A DNA stretch of 64,000 nucleotides from Octopus sinensis (GCF_006345805.1 NC_043001.1:20088001-20152000); one strand, 5' to 3'. Shown: positions 27,721 to 40,852, counted from the stretch's first letter. Numbers and translations: made by a program. Notes: generated from the letters alone by a model not told the origin.

Positions 27721-28699
27721 TTTGTGATTAGTTTTGAAGACTAATTATATTCTAATTAGAATATAAAAACATGGTTGCCTTGCAATTCAATGTACCCTAC
27801 TGGTCCTGTAATTTAATTGAAAGATATTCTGTTATAAAATAAGCATTATAAGGACCTTAATTTTTTGTATGAAATGTAGATGCAGTTATGAGACCAATAT
27901 AATTCTGTAAACAGTTATGACAATAACATTATTTAACTTATGTTTGGAAATGTTTAACATAAGACTTTTAGCTACAAAAGCTACAGAAATTCTATGACAA
28001 AAATCACGAAATATTTAACTTGTGTCAAACCTTTCTTTAGTGTGTTAAATTAATCATTTTAAATATTTTCTAGGATCTGCGTATGTTTAGGAAATCAATT
28101 ACTTAATTATTTTGCGTTTTATTAAAAATATCTTTTTAAAGAGATAAAAATCTGTCGTTGAGCCCCCAGGTCAAACCTGATAAAGCAGATCTAAAATCAA
28201 AGGCTTTCCAGCTGTGACCTTCCCATCTTTTTTTCGAGTTATTTGGTACTACATTAGCAAATGTGTCCTTTAAGATGGTAGGGTGTGAATTGAAGGAAAT
28301 TTCTAACTGACTGAGATATAACAAAGATCCTCTCATTGGTTCCAAAAGTTTGGATGCTATTTAAAAAGAATTAAAAATTTGAATGTGTGGTTATGTAAAC
28401 AAATTAAGCATCAAACAGGTGAAATAAAGATATCAAAAGGATATATTTATTTAGTATCAGTTGTATTTTACCTGTAACTTATACATTTTTCTGGGTGAAA
28501 ATGTCTGACCTTCATTTCATGTTAGGTTAATTTGTATGAAGGACAAAACAAAGTGGAAGCTATCTTTCACCTCTTTCCTTCATTCTTTTATTTTGTTTTA
28601 GCTTCTTGAAACTCCCAATAGAGATCTTAGGATTCAAATTTTTTCTGGAACTTTTACTTTTAACAATATTTCCCTGAATTGTAGTGGACACAACATATA

Positions 28700-31200
28700 C
28701 TTTTTCTAGTTTCTCTGTGTTGTGTGGACATACATAACTTGACCAAAAAAAAAAAAAAAAATTAAATACTTGTAGGGCCAAAGAAATTTCCAAATCTCAA
28801 TACAGCTGTATTTTCATAGTCCTTTATACTGACCGATGTTGAACTTGTTAATGGACCTGTGATTGTATTCTGTCCATTACTACCTGCTGTCCAGGAAATA
28901 TTTTGTTTCTTTTCGCAATTTTGACTGGTAAAATATACTGGAGAGGAGACTGCAGACACTTGCTGCTGCTGCTAATTGGATGTTTGACCTGGTGTTTCTA
29001 TAAGAATTGTGTCAAAAACATTTTTTTTTTCCTTTGAACATTCAGTAATTGCTCTCTAAAGATTGACTCATAAACTTCTCTATCACCCTAGATAATGTGA
29101 TAAATAGAATGGTAAAATGGAGGGGAGGGGGTTATGAATATGGAATCAAACACTTTTGAATCTTGATTTCCTGAAATAAATGTCATGACTTATTGGATAG
29201 GTATTTTTGAGTTGGTCTGGGCTTTGATATTCTTTAACATTTTTCACATTTTGAGACTAACTACATCAATGCATTTAGAATTTATGTCAAGAAATAAATA
29301 TATAAAAAGTTCAAATTTTATTGATATGAATGCCTTTTAAATGATTCATTAAACAATGTATATTCATTACTAGTATGCTCTTCTCTCTCTCCCGCTCTCT
29401 TTATTTGAACATGCTTCTTGACATACTATGTATAAATGCATTGATAAATGTTTTTGCATTTAGTGAGTAAACAGTTTTTAGACCATCGGCTTTAGAGTTT
29501 CTACCCAACAAGATTAACTCCAGTTTAAAGGATGTGGATTTTTATTTGGGGATGGTGTGATGGTGGGGTAATACAATTTGTCTTTCAGTCTTTGGAAACG
29601 TTTAATGTTTGTTGTTTCAGCTAATAATTTAAAACTGTTTTTCAATTTGAGATTTTGCAGCTACGTGCTCGATGAATAAAACTGCTCAGTAAATGCTCCG
29701 CAGTTAGTATCTTGTCACCATCACTGCTACACAATATGGACAATACACTTAATTCTCAAATGGATGGTACTCCCTTACAATTGTGAGATCCAGACCATCC
29801 TAGTTGAATGACCTGTGATCAAAGGCCAATTGTGACCCCCTCATCTGAGTCCTCTCCCCTTATGCATTAGACAATATCTGATATGTTCTTGTTTTAACCC
29901 TTTCAATACTAACATGCTGTGACTACCTCAGGTTCTTTAATCCAAAAACACAAAACTGTCCATTTTGAAGTGTTCATATTCAAATGAAAGCCTATCACAA
30001 TTTTGCTGTAAGAATTTTCATGTAAATAATATATTCCAATCACCTGATTGTTAATAGCAAAATTAATTATTTTACTTAACACAAATTCCCTGAATATTCT
30101 CAAAACTAATTGAAATACATGACTTGTCTCATTAGAAATATACTCACAAAACATTACAGACACTAGAGCATAATTTGAAGGAGATTTAGTTGTTTGTTGC
30201 ATATCAAGCAAACAAATAGCAGATTCCTCTATGGCTCATTGTATTTAGATGAATTATTAGTGTGTAACATGCTTAGTTGTTCAAACTCATGATGTCAATA
30301 CTGGTGACTTAATGATACGTTGACACAAGTGGCTGGTCAACTTGCCACCAGTGTGAAAGTTATAATTTCTCTAAGTGTTTAATGGTTCTATAGGGAGTCT
30401 GTCTTTGCATCTTTACTTCTCAACAGGGCATGTTGTGATATTCTGTGCAGATATATGGTTGTCAGTAATCTACTTTCAGTTTAAGATATCAACTTACCAG
30501 TTGTCATTCACCGTTGTGGTTTTCTTACTGAATGCACGTTGACCGGGTCGTTTGCCAGTTCCACCTGCATCTGTCCAGGCACTTTGATTGGTCTGACAAT
30601 CATTTGAAACAATGACATATTAAAGCTTTTCACTGTACTTGATGATGATCATGTTCTATATTGTGATTTTGTGTCAGGCTCACAGCCTCCAGATTAAGTT
30701 AATCTGCTGACTTTGTGTCACATTGCCACCAGAATTAGACACAGATAAGTAATTACTCACCTGTCTGCCAGCATTGGTGATAATGTAGGGTAGGGCAAAT
30801 GTAATCCCTCCTAGAAAAGAGAGAGACAGAAGTCATGTCCAACTTTATGCAGAATTAACACTGGCCATTTTGTTGCTTGGTAATCGCCATACTCCAGTAC
30901 CACTCCACATGATTATCTGCAAGCTGGTGATACATTGCTCCTATCACAGCCAGGGGCTGGCAGACTGGATAAATGAATGCTAACAATGGGATGATCACAA
31001 AAGCTAATTAAAAATCCAACCTGCAAAATTGCTTGTACAAAATAGTACTTTTTAATTAGAATACGAAATCAACATTACCAGCTGTCATAGAGGTAGTAGT
31101 TTTCTGAATGAATTGTCTCAGATTTACAACCTGAAGTCTGTCAGTATAAGTGGTGCCTCTATGGATGCAGTGTGTTATGTTGCTTAACATTTATTGCCAT
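28700..31200 (-). pseudogene. Decayed TMEM168-like locus (C-terminal half), with stops and frame changes
   Basis: Colinear peptide blocks resembling human TMEM168 as recalled from memory. HRGTTYTDRLQVVNLRQF (31110-31163) ~ [27 protein letters not shown] (30921-41) ~ GLFHEL. GITFALPYIITNAGRQ (30761-808) ~ GYAIVIPTNFCSPDGQ. PIKVPGQMQVEL (30556-91) ~ PTLLPPEHVQEL. LSFEYEHFKMDSFVFLD*RT (29931-90) ~ LSFDTLHSKLKAFLELRT. QNCEKKQNISWT (28888-923) ~ YNCNSSNNICWT. Clean splice signals flank the 50-nt exon 30761-30810. Confidence 0.55.
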
Positions 31201-31204
31201 GATA

Positions 31205-31584
31205 TAGGCGCAGGAGTGGCTGTGTGGTAAGTAGCTTGCTAACCAACCACATGGTTCCGGGTTCAGTCCCACTGCGTGGCATCTTGGGCAAGTGTCTTCT
31301 GCTATAGCCCCGGGCCGACCAAAGCCTTGTGAGTGCATTTGGTAGACGGAAACTGAAAAAAGCCTGTCGTATATATGTATATATATGTGTCTGTGTTTGT
31401 CCCCCTAGCATTGTTTGACAACTGATGCTAGTGTGTTTACGTCCCCGTCACTTAGCGGTTCGGCAAAAGAGACCGATAGAATAAGTACTGGGCTTACAAA
31501 GAATAAGTCCCGGGGTCAATTTGCTCAACTAAAGGCGGTGCTCCAGCATGGCCGCAGTCAAATGCCTGAAACAAGTAAAGAGTA
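31205..31584 (+). mobile_element. SINE family B (tRNA head + CORE-like domain + internal (TA/TG)n + (AAGAGTA)n tail)
   Basis: TGGCTGTGTGGTAAG A-box-like and GGTTCAGTCCC B-box. CTTGGGCAAGTGTCTTCT resembles the MIR/CORE domain. Confidence 0.9.
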
Positions 31585-33057
31585 TATATGCTGAATAATA
31601 TGTGGGTGCAGCTTAACAAAATTGAAAGGATATATTAATGAGTACATTAATTTTTATCTAAACTTAAATTCTGTATCTAAGTTTAATGGCAGGGGTGTCT
31701 GATTAGCAAATTTTTTTAAAGTTTTTAATTCTAGTAACCTGTTGGAAATAACTAAATTCACCATACCTGAGAGAAAAAAAAATGAAATTACAGTATGGCC
31801 ATGGGATGGAATGTCTTTAGTCATAGGTTGGTTCAATCAGGGCTAGACAACAATAGTAAATTATGAAGTAAAAGGTTACAACCAACTTGCACATTCTGAA
31901 ATCTATCTTTGACAACCTAGATTATAAGGCTTGTTAGCTTATCACTGTACATGGTTACTTAAATTATTATTTTAGGTATCGTTTAAAAAATGATGTCATT
32001 CAACAAATATTTGAAATTTTAATATAAACCCTAGGTTTAATCAGTGAGAAATAATATCTATGAGCACAAAATACTATTTTGTTGGTTCTCGTATAATAAT
32101 AATAATAATAATAATCTGCACAAAGAAGGTGATATCTTCATTTTATTGAGAATATCATTGAATAATCTTCCTATTTGTTGTCCTGTGTTCTAAAAAGTTA
32201 CAGGTAAATGAGGTTTGCAGAAATTCTGAATAAACTGCTCAAAAATAATTGTGTATATTTCCTTGTTGGATGTCAGTTTTTCTATTGACAGTTTGTAGTG
32301 TAGAGTGGCAGAAATAATGGAATATTTTGTCTTAAAGGTTTTCGTTATGACTTCTGTGATCTTGCCATATCAACTTTGCCTTTCATTGTTTTCAGGGGTC
32401 AATAAAATAAAAACCAGTCAAGTACTGGAGTTTGATTAATTCAATCACCTTTACTTTTTCTCTATAACTGCAATCTAATGAGAGAGCCTCTGAGTAGTTG
32501 CTCTATCTGCGAGAAATAGTAGCCAAATTCCCTCAAAATATAACTTTTGTCTTAAATCGAAAAAAGGGCACATTAGACAATGGAAGCCCAGGTACACACA
32601 CACACAAAAAAAGAGGGTGAGGGATTGTTCAGTGAGAGAACATCTTTGATTTTAGGTATACCCAGTAAAGGCAGCTTGGAATAACTAACTTTTGGGGGAA
32701 TTCATTATTTGGCTCAAGTTCAAACCACGTCACTTTATTTTTATCTTAAGTTATTGAAATAAATTACAAGTCTTGCTCTTGAGATAATACAATTAATTGT
32801 ACCCACCACCCTCTCCTAAAGATTTAATATTTTGTATTAATGAAAGAAAGAATTTCTCATTCATTTTTATTTCTGTTTCATGGACACAGGGGAGAGAGTA
32901 AGTAAAACTGTCTCAGGTCTTTTCTTTTTTATTCTCTCATGGGGACAGTTCCCCACTCGCCAAGGTGTATAAGGGACTGAGATTGCAACGTTCCTCCTTA
33001 ATGGGATGCCAGTTCATTGCAGGGTTATTCATTTACAGCTGAACGGACTTGAGCAAT

Positions 33058-33520
33058 CATCATCGTTTAACGTCCGCTTTCCATGCTAGCATGGGTTGGA
33101 CGATTTTGACTGAGGGCTGGCGAACCAGACGGCCGCATCAGGCTACAATCTGATCTGACAGAGTTTCTACAGCTGGATGCCCTTCCTAACGCCAACCACT
33201 CCGAGAGTGTAGTGGGTGCTTTTTACGTGCCACTGGCACAGGAGGCAGTACTGGCAATGACCTCGCTCAAATCTTTATACACATGCCACCAGCACAGGTG
33301 CCAGTAAGGCAATGTTGGTAACGATCATGCTCGAATGGTGCCCTTTTACGTGCCACTGGCATGGAAGCCAGTTGGTTGCTCTGGCAATGATCACGCTCGG
33401 ATGGTGCTCTTGGCACCCTACCAGCACAGGCACAAGTGCCAGTAAGGCGATACTGATAACGATCATACTCGAATGGTGCCTTTTATGTGCCACTGGCACG
33501 GAAGCCAGTTAGCCACTCTG
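33058..33520 (-). mobile_element. RTE LINE 3'UTR fragment with internal sub-repeats
   Basis: Same 3' end as 6204, plus repeated GTGCCACTGGCA modules. Confidence 0.88.
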
Positions 33521-33865
33521 TCAGTGTCGAATGAAATGTTTTGCTCAAGAATACAAAAGCACTGCCTGATCCTTCACAGTGAGAAAGAGAGAGAGACTAA
33601 TAATGATGATAATTAAAATGTAACTGAGGATTGGTTGACCATTGAGGTGTTGCACTTAGAACTTCAATTATAATCTCAAATATACACAAAAATATAAATC
33701 AAGTAGTCTTCTATATTTGTATTGATTGATTGATTGATTACCTCAATGTAACCGTTACTAACACAATTACAGTGTAGAAGACATATTTTAGCCATTTGAA
33801 AACCAGAAAAATTAATTTCACTTAAACTTTTGTTATTTGGTGTCAGAACTTTCATTGCACCAATA

Positions 33866-34400
33866 TCATCATCATCATCATTGTTCGACCGTGGTCGAGA
33901 CAATGGAATTTACTATGTTACACCAGACTTCATGGTCCATCATAGCACTACGGAGGTCCTGTTGCTGGATGCCTGTATCCCTGGAGATTACATCAGTGTA
34001 GGAGAGTGTGCACCCTCTGGTATCGCAAGCAGATGGCTTCCAGAGGAGAAGAGTAGAAATTACCTTGTTTTCAACCACTAGCACGGAGCCAGTTGGCTGT
34101 TCTGGCAACAATCACGCTCGTATGGTGCTCTTGGCACCCTACTAGCAGGGGCACAAGTGCCAGTAAGGCGACGCTGGTAACGATCACACTCGAATGGTGC
34201 CCTTTTATGTCCAGCAAACTAGACTCTTCTACCTTTCACAAGAGTTGATACAGGTGGTAATTTCCCATATATTTGCACCAACCATGACCTGGCCACTGAC
34301 ACAGTTCCGCTGGCACCAGTTGCAATGAAATTGTGTCAGTACCCAGGTTGCAACAAAAATTTTAACACCAAATGTTTCAGTGAAGTTAACAGTTTTTGTG
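33866..34400 (-). mobile_element. Second RTE-like LINE family, 3' end, interrupted at ~34079-34210 by a fragment of the first RTE family
   Basis: STLLLWKPS...TLSYTDVISRDTG...MMDHEVW...STTVEQ* runs directly into (TGA)n. Upstream part matches 58672-58715. Confidence 0.8.
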
Positions 34401-35873
34401 TGTTTTTAATTGGCCAATGTGTGACCTCTGTGCAGATATTGTTTTAGTTTCCACATAGTTTTCAGAGATATACTTGTCTGGCAAGTGATTTGATATGAGA
34501 CTATCACTAAATAATCTCAAAATCAAAGTTAAATAAAGGAAATTATACAGATCTATATGAGAACACCTTCCTTTGGTTTTATATCTGACAGTACTAGTGC
34601 TGGTGCTAGTAAAATGCACTTGGTGCCATATAAAAAACACAAGTGGTTGGCATTAGGAAGGGCATTCCACCATAGAAACCAAGCCAACAGACTGGAATCT
34701 GGTTTTGCCAGCATGGAAAACAGACGTTAAATGACGATTAAACGAATGATGGTATTCTTGTACAGTAAGTTGCTAATAATAGCAGCTGAATTTTCCCCTC
34801 AGTTTCACACACTACAAACACTGAAAAAAAAATTAGGACATGAGACAAAAGTGTTCCAGGCTGGAGGTGGGGGTGCAGATTAAAGATGGAATGGTTATGG
34901 TTGGGTTGTCTGCTCAATCAGAGCGAAACAGTAGTGACATGATACAAATTGTTTTAAAGTATTTGTATTTGAATTAGAATATTCCATCACAAATGTTATA
35001 CTCCAAGCACCATCTTAGTAACAGAAAACTGGGTTATTTCTCTAACCTCCCCCAATACTTATTTTCAAAGATAATTGCAATGTATGGTCAGTATATTCCA
35101 TTGGGAATATGTTTATAAAAGGTTTAAAGTATTAATTTTCGGCCTTCGTTTGTAATCTAAATAACTTATATATCGGTCTCTCTCTTTTTATTTTTATTGA
35201 CTATAAAAACCAATAGAATCAGCAGCGGATGGGAAACAATTCTTTCCATTGATGTAAGTGAACAAAAGAACTCAAAAGTGTTAATTTGATGGTGAGTTCA
35301 TGTACTCTGTGTACTTTGTGACATTGTGAAAAACTCTATTGTGAGGGAAAGTGTTAAGGGGACGTATAACGGACTCAGTACTCAACTAAACGAATAAAAT
35401 AATTAGGAGTGTTTAACACTCATACACAATGTATTTATACACATATATATGTATATACATTTATATAAATATATACAAACAAATATGTGTAATATAAACT
35501 AGCAAAAAGGTAAAATTACTTCTTGTATTAATATAAATTCCTTTCACTGAATTTTCTTTTTATATCTGTAAAAGATATTTCTTATCTAAAGTATTTTAGT
35601 TATTTTACTTATTTTCTTTTAATTCCCTAAGTCAAGTAATGAACAGTAACATTGTTACAGGTTTCTAACTGGCCATTCATAGGTACAATACGTTTTTGGA
35701 GGTAAGAGTAACAAGAGTACAAAGCAAATATTTCAAGGGCCTTCATTCAAACTCCTTCAGCTTTTTTAGACAACGTTATATATATACATCCAGTGTCCAG
35801 GGTTTCATCACACTTGAGGGGAGAACCCTTCCTTGGACTCACTCCACTGCTGCTTGTTGTGGTCATCTATTAA

Positions 35874-36094
35874 CCCTTTCGTTACCAAGCCGGCTGAAAC
35901 CGCCTCTGGCTCTGTTGTACAAATGTCTTGTTTTCATAAGTTTTGAATCAAAATCTTCCACCAAACTTTAGTCACAATTTATGTTCCTAACACTAGCTTA
36001 ATGATAACAAAGTTATTTTACTAAATACTGTGTTATATTTAAAGTAATTGGAAGAAACACAGAGCATCTCAAAATAAATACAGTAATGAAAGGG
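35874..36094. mobile_element. piggyBac-type MITE
   Basis: TTAA flanks (35870-73, 36095-98). TIRs CCCTTTCGTTAC / rc CCCTTTCATTAC. Confidence 0.82.
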
Positions 36095-36847
36095 TTAAAT
36101 AATGATAATAATAATGAAATTATTGTGTATAGTGCTCAGGTGTACTATAACTCATCAAAGATGCACGTATAGTATATAGAATTATGTACAAAAGTCAGGA
36201 AAGTGAACAGTGTATGAGTCATGATATACATGTGGAGGTGGGGATACCAGGTGCAGTGTTGGTGAATTTCAGGAAGCAGGGATGTCTTAAAGGGTGCAAT
36301 GTCTTGGCAGATAGAGAAATACTTGACACAAAATATAGCATTCCAATGGACTAGCTTTAAAAGAATGTACAAAATTATACATGTAAAGTTTCTATTAGTG
36401 ACACAAGGCCTGAAATTTGCTTGGGGGAAAAGTGGTCAAATTTTAATTCAGAATGTAAAGCTGAAAGAAACACTGTTTAGCATGCTAATGATTGTAGCAG
36501 CTCCCCATCTGTGTTTATTTTTCTGGACTTATGAATTCTTAGACCACCACCATCATCGTTTAACGTCCGCCTTCCATGCTAGCATGGGTTGGATGATTTG
36601 ACTGAGGACTGGCAAACCAGATGGCTGCACCAGGCTCCAATCTTGATTTGGCAGAGTTTCTACAGCTGGATGTCCTTCCTTATGCCAACCACTCCAAGAG
36701 TGTAGTGGGTGCTTTTATGTGCCACCGGCACGGGGGGGGGGCCAGTCAGGCGATACTGGCAACGGTCATGGAAAAATTGTTTTTTTTTTCTTTTTAACGT
36801 GTCACCTACACATCGGCACAAGTACCAGTGACTGTATATATGTATAA

Positions 36848-37062
36848 AGGCAGCGAGCTGGCAGAAACGTTAGCACGCCGGGCGAAATGCTTAGCAGTAT
36901 TCCGTCTGTCGCTACGTTCTGAGTTCAAATTCCGCCGAGGTCGACTTTGCCTTTCATCCTTTCGGGGTCGATAAATAAAAGTACCAGTTACGCCCTTGGG
37001 TCGATATAATCGACTTAATCCCTGTCTGTCCTTGTTTGGCCCCTCTGTGTGTAGTAAAGAAA
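36848..37062 (+). mobile_element. SINE family A
   Basis: Head, central domain and GTAGTAAAGAAATA end are all present. Confidence 0.88.
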
Positions 37063-37822
37063 TATATATATGTATGATGGCATGAAAAATACAGACTTCC
37101 CTAGTGTTGATATCATGAAAAAGCCATCCGGGATACTCTATTAAGTGGATGATGTTAAGAAGGGCATCCTGCCATAGAAGCCATGACAAAGCAGGCATTG
37201 GAGCACAGGTGCACTCGTTAGACCCATTGTATCTTGACAAAACATTTAATCCATGCCAACGTTGATTTTAAATGATGATGATGACAATAGTGGACTGTCA
37301 CATAGTTTCATTCCAACAAATTCTATTCTCCCAAAGCGATTGTGCAAGACACATTCCCAAGATGATGGAATCCAAAACCACCTGGGTGTATATTGAAATT
37401 TGTAACCATACATGCCTTAGGTCAATGTTAAAAAAATCTAATTTGTCATTACAACCCTTTTTTTTTTGTATGAATTTAGTAAAAGTTTTATTGTGACACA
37501 GAATAGTTAGAAATCTCACAATGTCTTCTGAAACTAACTTACCTGAACTACATTACAAACACATGAATAATTCTTAAGCAACATTCCTGACACATAGTTT
37601 CTGCCTACTTTGTGTTTAACAATAGAACTTCTGTTAGGCTATCCAATCTTGTCACCTCTCTCCCATTTGAATGAAACAACTTCAATATTATGAGCCAATG
37701 ACAGAGCCCCTATGTGGTTATGAAACCTGTTAGAAATAACAACCAAATCTCCCTCGAAGCACACTATTATTTTGAAAGATTGTATTGGATAATTTAGTAT
37801 TTGGTACAAGATGTCTTTTTAA

Positions 37823-38104
37823 CCACATGGCCTAGTGGTTAGAGCAGCGGACTCGCAGTCGAGGTATCGCAGGTTCAAATCTCAGACCGGGCGATGTGTG
37901 TGTTTATGAGTGAAACACCTAAGCTCTACTTGGCTCTGGCATAAGGAAATGGCGAACTTCTGCTGACTCTTTTGCCACAACTTTCTCTCACTCTTTCCTC
38001 CTGCAACGGACTGGTGTCCCGTCCAGGTGGGGAACCTATACGCCAAGGAAACTGGGAAACCAGCCCTATGAGCCAGTCATGGCTCGAGAAGGAACAAACA
38101 AACA
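37823..38104 (+). mobile_element. SINE family D (tRNA-Arg-like head), tail class 1
   Basis: TGGCCTAGTGGTTAG A-box and GGTTCAAATCT B-box. Tail GGACTGGTGTCCCGTCCAG...GAAACTGGGAAACC...(AAAC)n. Confidence 0.88.
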
Positions 38105-38389
38105 AGATATCTTTAAAGAAGAATTGGTCATTATTGAATAATTTTTGTCTTGGGTCTGCTCAACTAAAAACGACCTGGGGCTAAACAATGACTACTGCAG
38201 TTATTACATAGGTGTTAGAAATAGCAGCCAAGTCCCCACTCCTTACTGTCTTCAAATTCGAAAAATTCAGTGGATAAGTAGTCCCAAGTATGCAAAAATA
38301 ATAGGATGGTCAGATTTGGAACATTTTTGACCTAAAAAACCAAAAGTTCTGGAAATAACAAACAAATCTCTCTTAAATTATATCCTAAC

Positions 38390-38612
38390 GACGAGCTGGC
38401 AGAAACATTAGCATGCCGGGCAAAATGCTTAGCGGCATTTCATCTGTCTTTATGTTCTGAGTTCAAATTCTGCTGAGGTCAACTTTGCCTTTCATCCTTT
38501 TGGGGTCAATAAATTAAGTACCAGTTACGCACTGGGTCGATGTAATCGACTTAATCCCTTTGTCCTTGTTTGTTCTCTCTGTGTTTAGCTCCTTGTGGGC
38601 AATAGAGAAATA
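38390..38612 (+). mobile_element. SINE family A, between an inverted family-D pair
   Basis: 11-bp TSD TATATCCTAAC (38379-89 / 38613-23). Confidence 0.88.
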
Positions 38613-38635
38613 TATATCCTAACATCTTGATGAAG

Positions 38636-38919
38636 TGTTTGTTCCTTCTCGAGCCACACCTGGCTCATAAAGGCCGGTTTCCCAGCTTCCTTGTCATATA
38701 GGTTCCCCACCTGGATGGGACGCCGGTCCGTCGCAGGTGAGCTGCAAGATGCAGGAGGAAAGTTGTGGTGAAAGAGTCAGCAGAAGTTCGCCATTACCTT
38801 CTGCTGGAGCCGCATGGAGCTTAGGTGTTTCACTCATAAACACGCACATTGCCCGGTCTGAGATTCGAACCCATGATCCTTCGACCGTGAGTCTACTGCT
38901 CTAACCACTAGGCCATGTG
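38636..38919 (-). mobile_element. SINE family D, tail class 1 (inverted relative to 37823)
   Basis: Reverse complement of the same head and tail. Confidence 0.88.
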
Positions 38920-39075
38920 CCCCCATCTTGATGAATTATGTAGTGTTAAATACACAATGTCTGAACAGTAACAACGGAACTAAACAACATATTCTTAAAC
39001 TAAGACTAGCTGATAATATGAATAGCTTGTTACCTTGCTCCCTAGATTTGTGTCTAAATGTAAGTATTGTAAGCA

Positions 39076-39612
39076 TTGGGTTGTCCGGAAAGTTCATGCC
39101 GATTTTTAAAGGAAAGAAAAAGGTCAATAAATACTTGCCATTACATTTTAAATCAACCAAATAACCATTTTTTTGCACAATGCATCTCTATCTTTCCTTT
39201 AGCTTGAAAATACCCTCTTTTCAGAATTGAGGTGGTTTCATGGTAAAGAATTCATCAAGGTATCTTTTTACGTCATCCAAGAAATTGAAATTTTTACCAT
39301 TAAGACTATTCTGCAGAGACCGGAATAAGTGAAAATCTGAAGGAGCAATATCTGGTGAATATGGAGGGTGGGGCAACACATCCCAGCCGAGCTGCAGCAA
39401 TTTTTGTCTGGTTCCCAAAGCATCAAGTGTCGAAAATGAACTTTCTTATCTTCCATTTTAAAGGGTTACAGAAATAACACAGGTTATAGGAACATAAACC
39501 TTCTTCCACGAAAAGATAGCTTAAACTGTGCTCTAAATGGACTCAACCATGTTCTAAAATAAGTCGAAAGGTAAGCTACTATAAATCAACACGAACTTTC
39601 CAGACAACCAAA
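39076..39612 (-). mobile_element. Internally deleted mariner (mellifera-subfamily-like), 537 bp
   Basis: 30-bp TIRs with 25/30 identity (39076-105 / 39583-612) and TA on the right flank. Transposase N-terminus MEDKKVHFRHLML is fused to the C-terminus TRQKLLQLGWDVLPHPPYSPDIAPSDFHLF. Confidence 0.93.
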
Positions 39613-39847
39613 TATTATAATTACATTATCACTATATTTTAATCCATTTATCTTTTACTTGTTGCAGCTATGCCTTGAAGAATTCATAGTCTTCCCCCTT
39701 TTTCTGATGAGAGAAGAGAAAACATGTTTGCTGGTTCAGAGCTGACTCTGACTTCAGCCATTTTGGTTATATAGCTGTCAATTTCAATAACTGGTACCTT
39801 TGTTGGGTCTATTTGTACTAGCCCATCTCTCTTCTGTACCTTTTTCT

Positions 39848-40080
39848 TATTTCTTTACTACCCACAAGGGGCTAAACATAGAGGCGATAAACAAGGACAG
39901 ATGAAGGGATTAAGTCGATTACATCAACCCCAGTGCATAACTGGTACTTAATTTATCAACCCCGAAAGGATGAAAGGCAAAGTCGACCTCGGCAGAATTT
40001 GAACTTAGAACGTAACTGCAGACGAAATAACGCTAAGCATTTCGCCCGGCGCGCTAACAATTCTGCCAGCTTGCCGCCTT
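39848..40080 (-). mobile_element. SINE family A
   Basis: 19-bp TSD CTCTTCTGTACCTTTTTCT (39829-47 / 40081-99). Confidence 0.92.
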
Positions 40081-40495
40081 CTCTTCTGTACCTTTTTCTA
40101 TTCAGTAACCTTTCGTAGAGCATTTTCATGCCCTTTACTTCTCAGTATCAGAGTGCAGTACCATACATACCTTTCACCTTACAACTCTGATTCTAACATC
40201 ACTGTACTTTGGTAAGCACCTGACTTTCTACTTCTTTCTTTATCTTTGCTAAGTATATATGTGACACCAAGCTTTTCTAGCTGCCTGACATTGTTCCTTT
40301 CTTCTTAATTTTTCCATTCTTTCCAGCTTTGTTACTTAGCTTTTGTGACATTCTATTTGTTTACTATTCCACATCCATATTTCTTTCCACTTAGCTGAAA
40401 CATTGCTCCATCTACATATCTGCTCTTTGGATCACAGCACAGGTTGTCTTGTAAAAAGAGAGGAAAGTTTCTGGTGGTGTTAGTATAACTGGTTT

Positions 40496-40852
40496 GTGCA
40501 TCTGAAAATAGAGTTTGCAACCAAGAGAATACCCTCCATCAGGCATTTGCCATATTCTGAACGCCTTACTTCCCTGGGCATGGACACATTGAAACTCCAA
40601 CATCTGGCAGCTGACTTGGCAAACACCCATAAAATTATTAACCATCTTACAAACAATAACTCTGAGCACCTTTTCAAATTCCACCTGTCTAACACCCGTG
40701 GACATGTTTACAAAGTCAGAAAACAGCACAGCTCCCATGACTTTCGGAAACATTTTTTCATGCTAAGAGATGCTGAAGTATGGAACAAACTGCCGGCATC
40801 AGTTGTTAGTTGTCGGAACACTGTATCCTTCAAAACTTCTATGCTTCCTGAC
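40496..40852 (+). mobile_element. CR1-clade LINE ORF2 C-terminal fragment
   Basis: YSERLTSLG...DL...HKI...TRGH...RKHFF...WNKLP..VV...SFK pattern. Confidence 0.85.

Noticed and set aside
29931-31078. Rescue of TAA stops in the TMEM168-like locus by A-to-I editing
   Set aside because: Editing cannot repair the apparent frameshifts, and the stops are not at Trp positions of the recalled homolog.
28762-31130. An intact spliced gene using exons 31079-31130, 30893-31003, 30761-30810, 30498-30592 and a last exon near 28988
   Set aside because: A phase-consistent model can be built, but it leaves the TMEM168-like frame in several places and needs a 75-nt intron where homology seems to continue. A decayed gene fits better, though this is not excluded.
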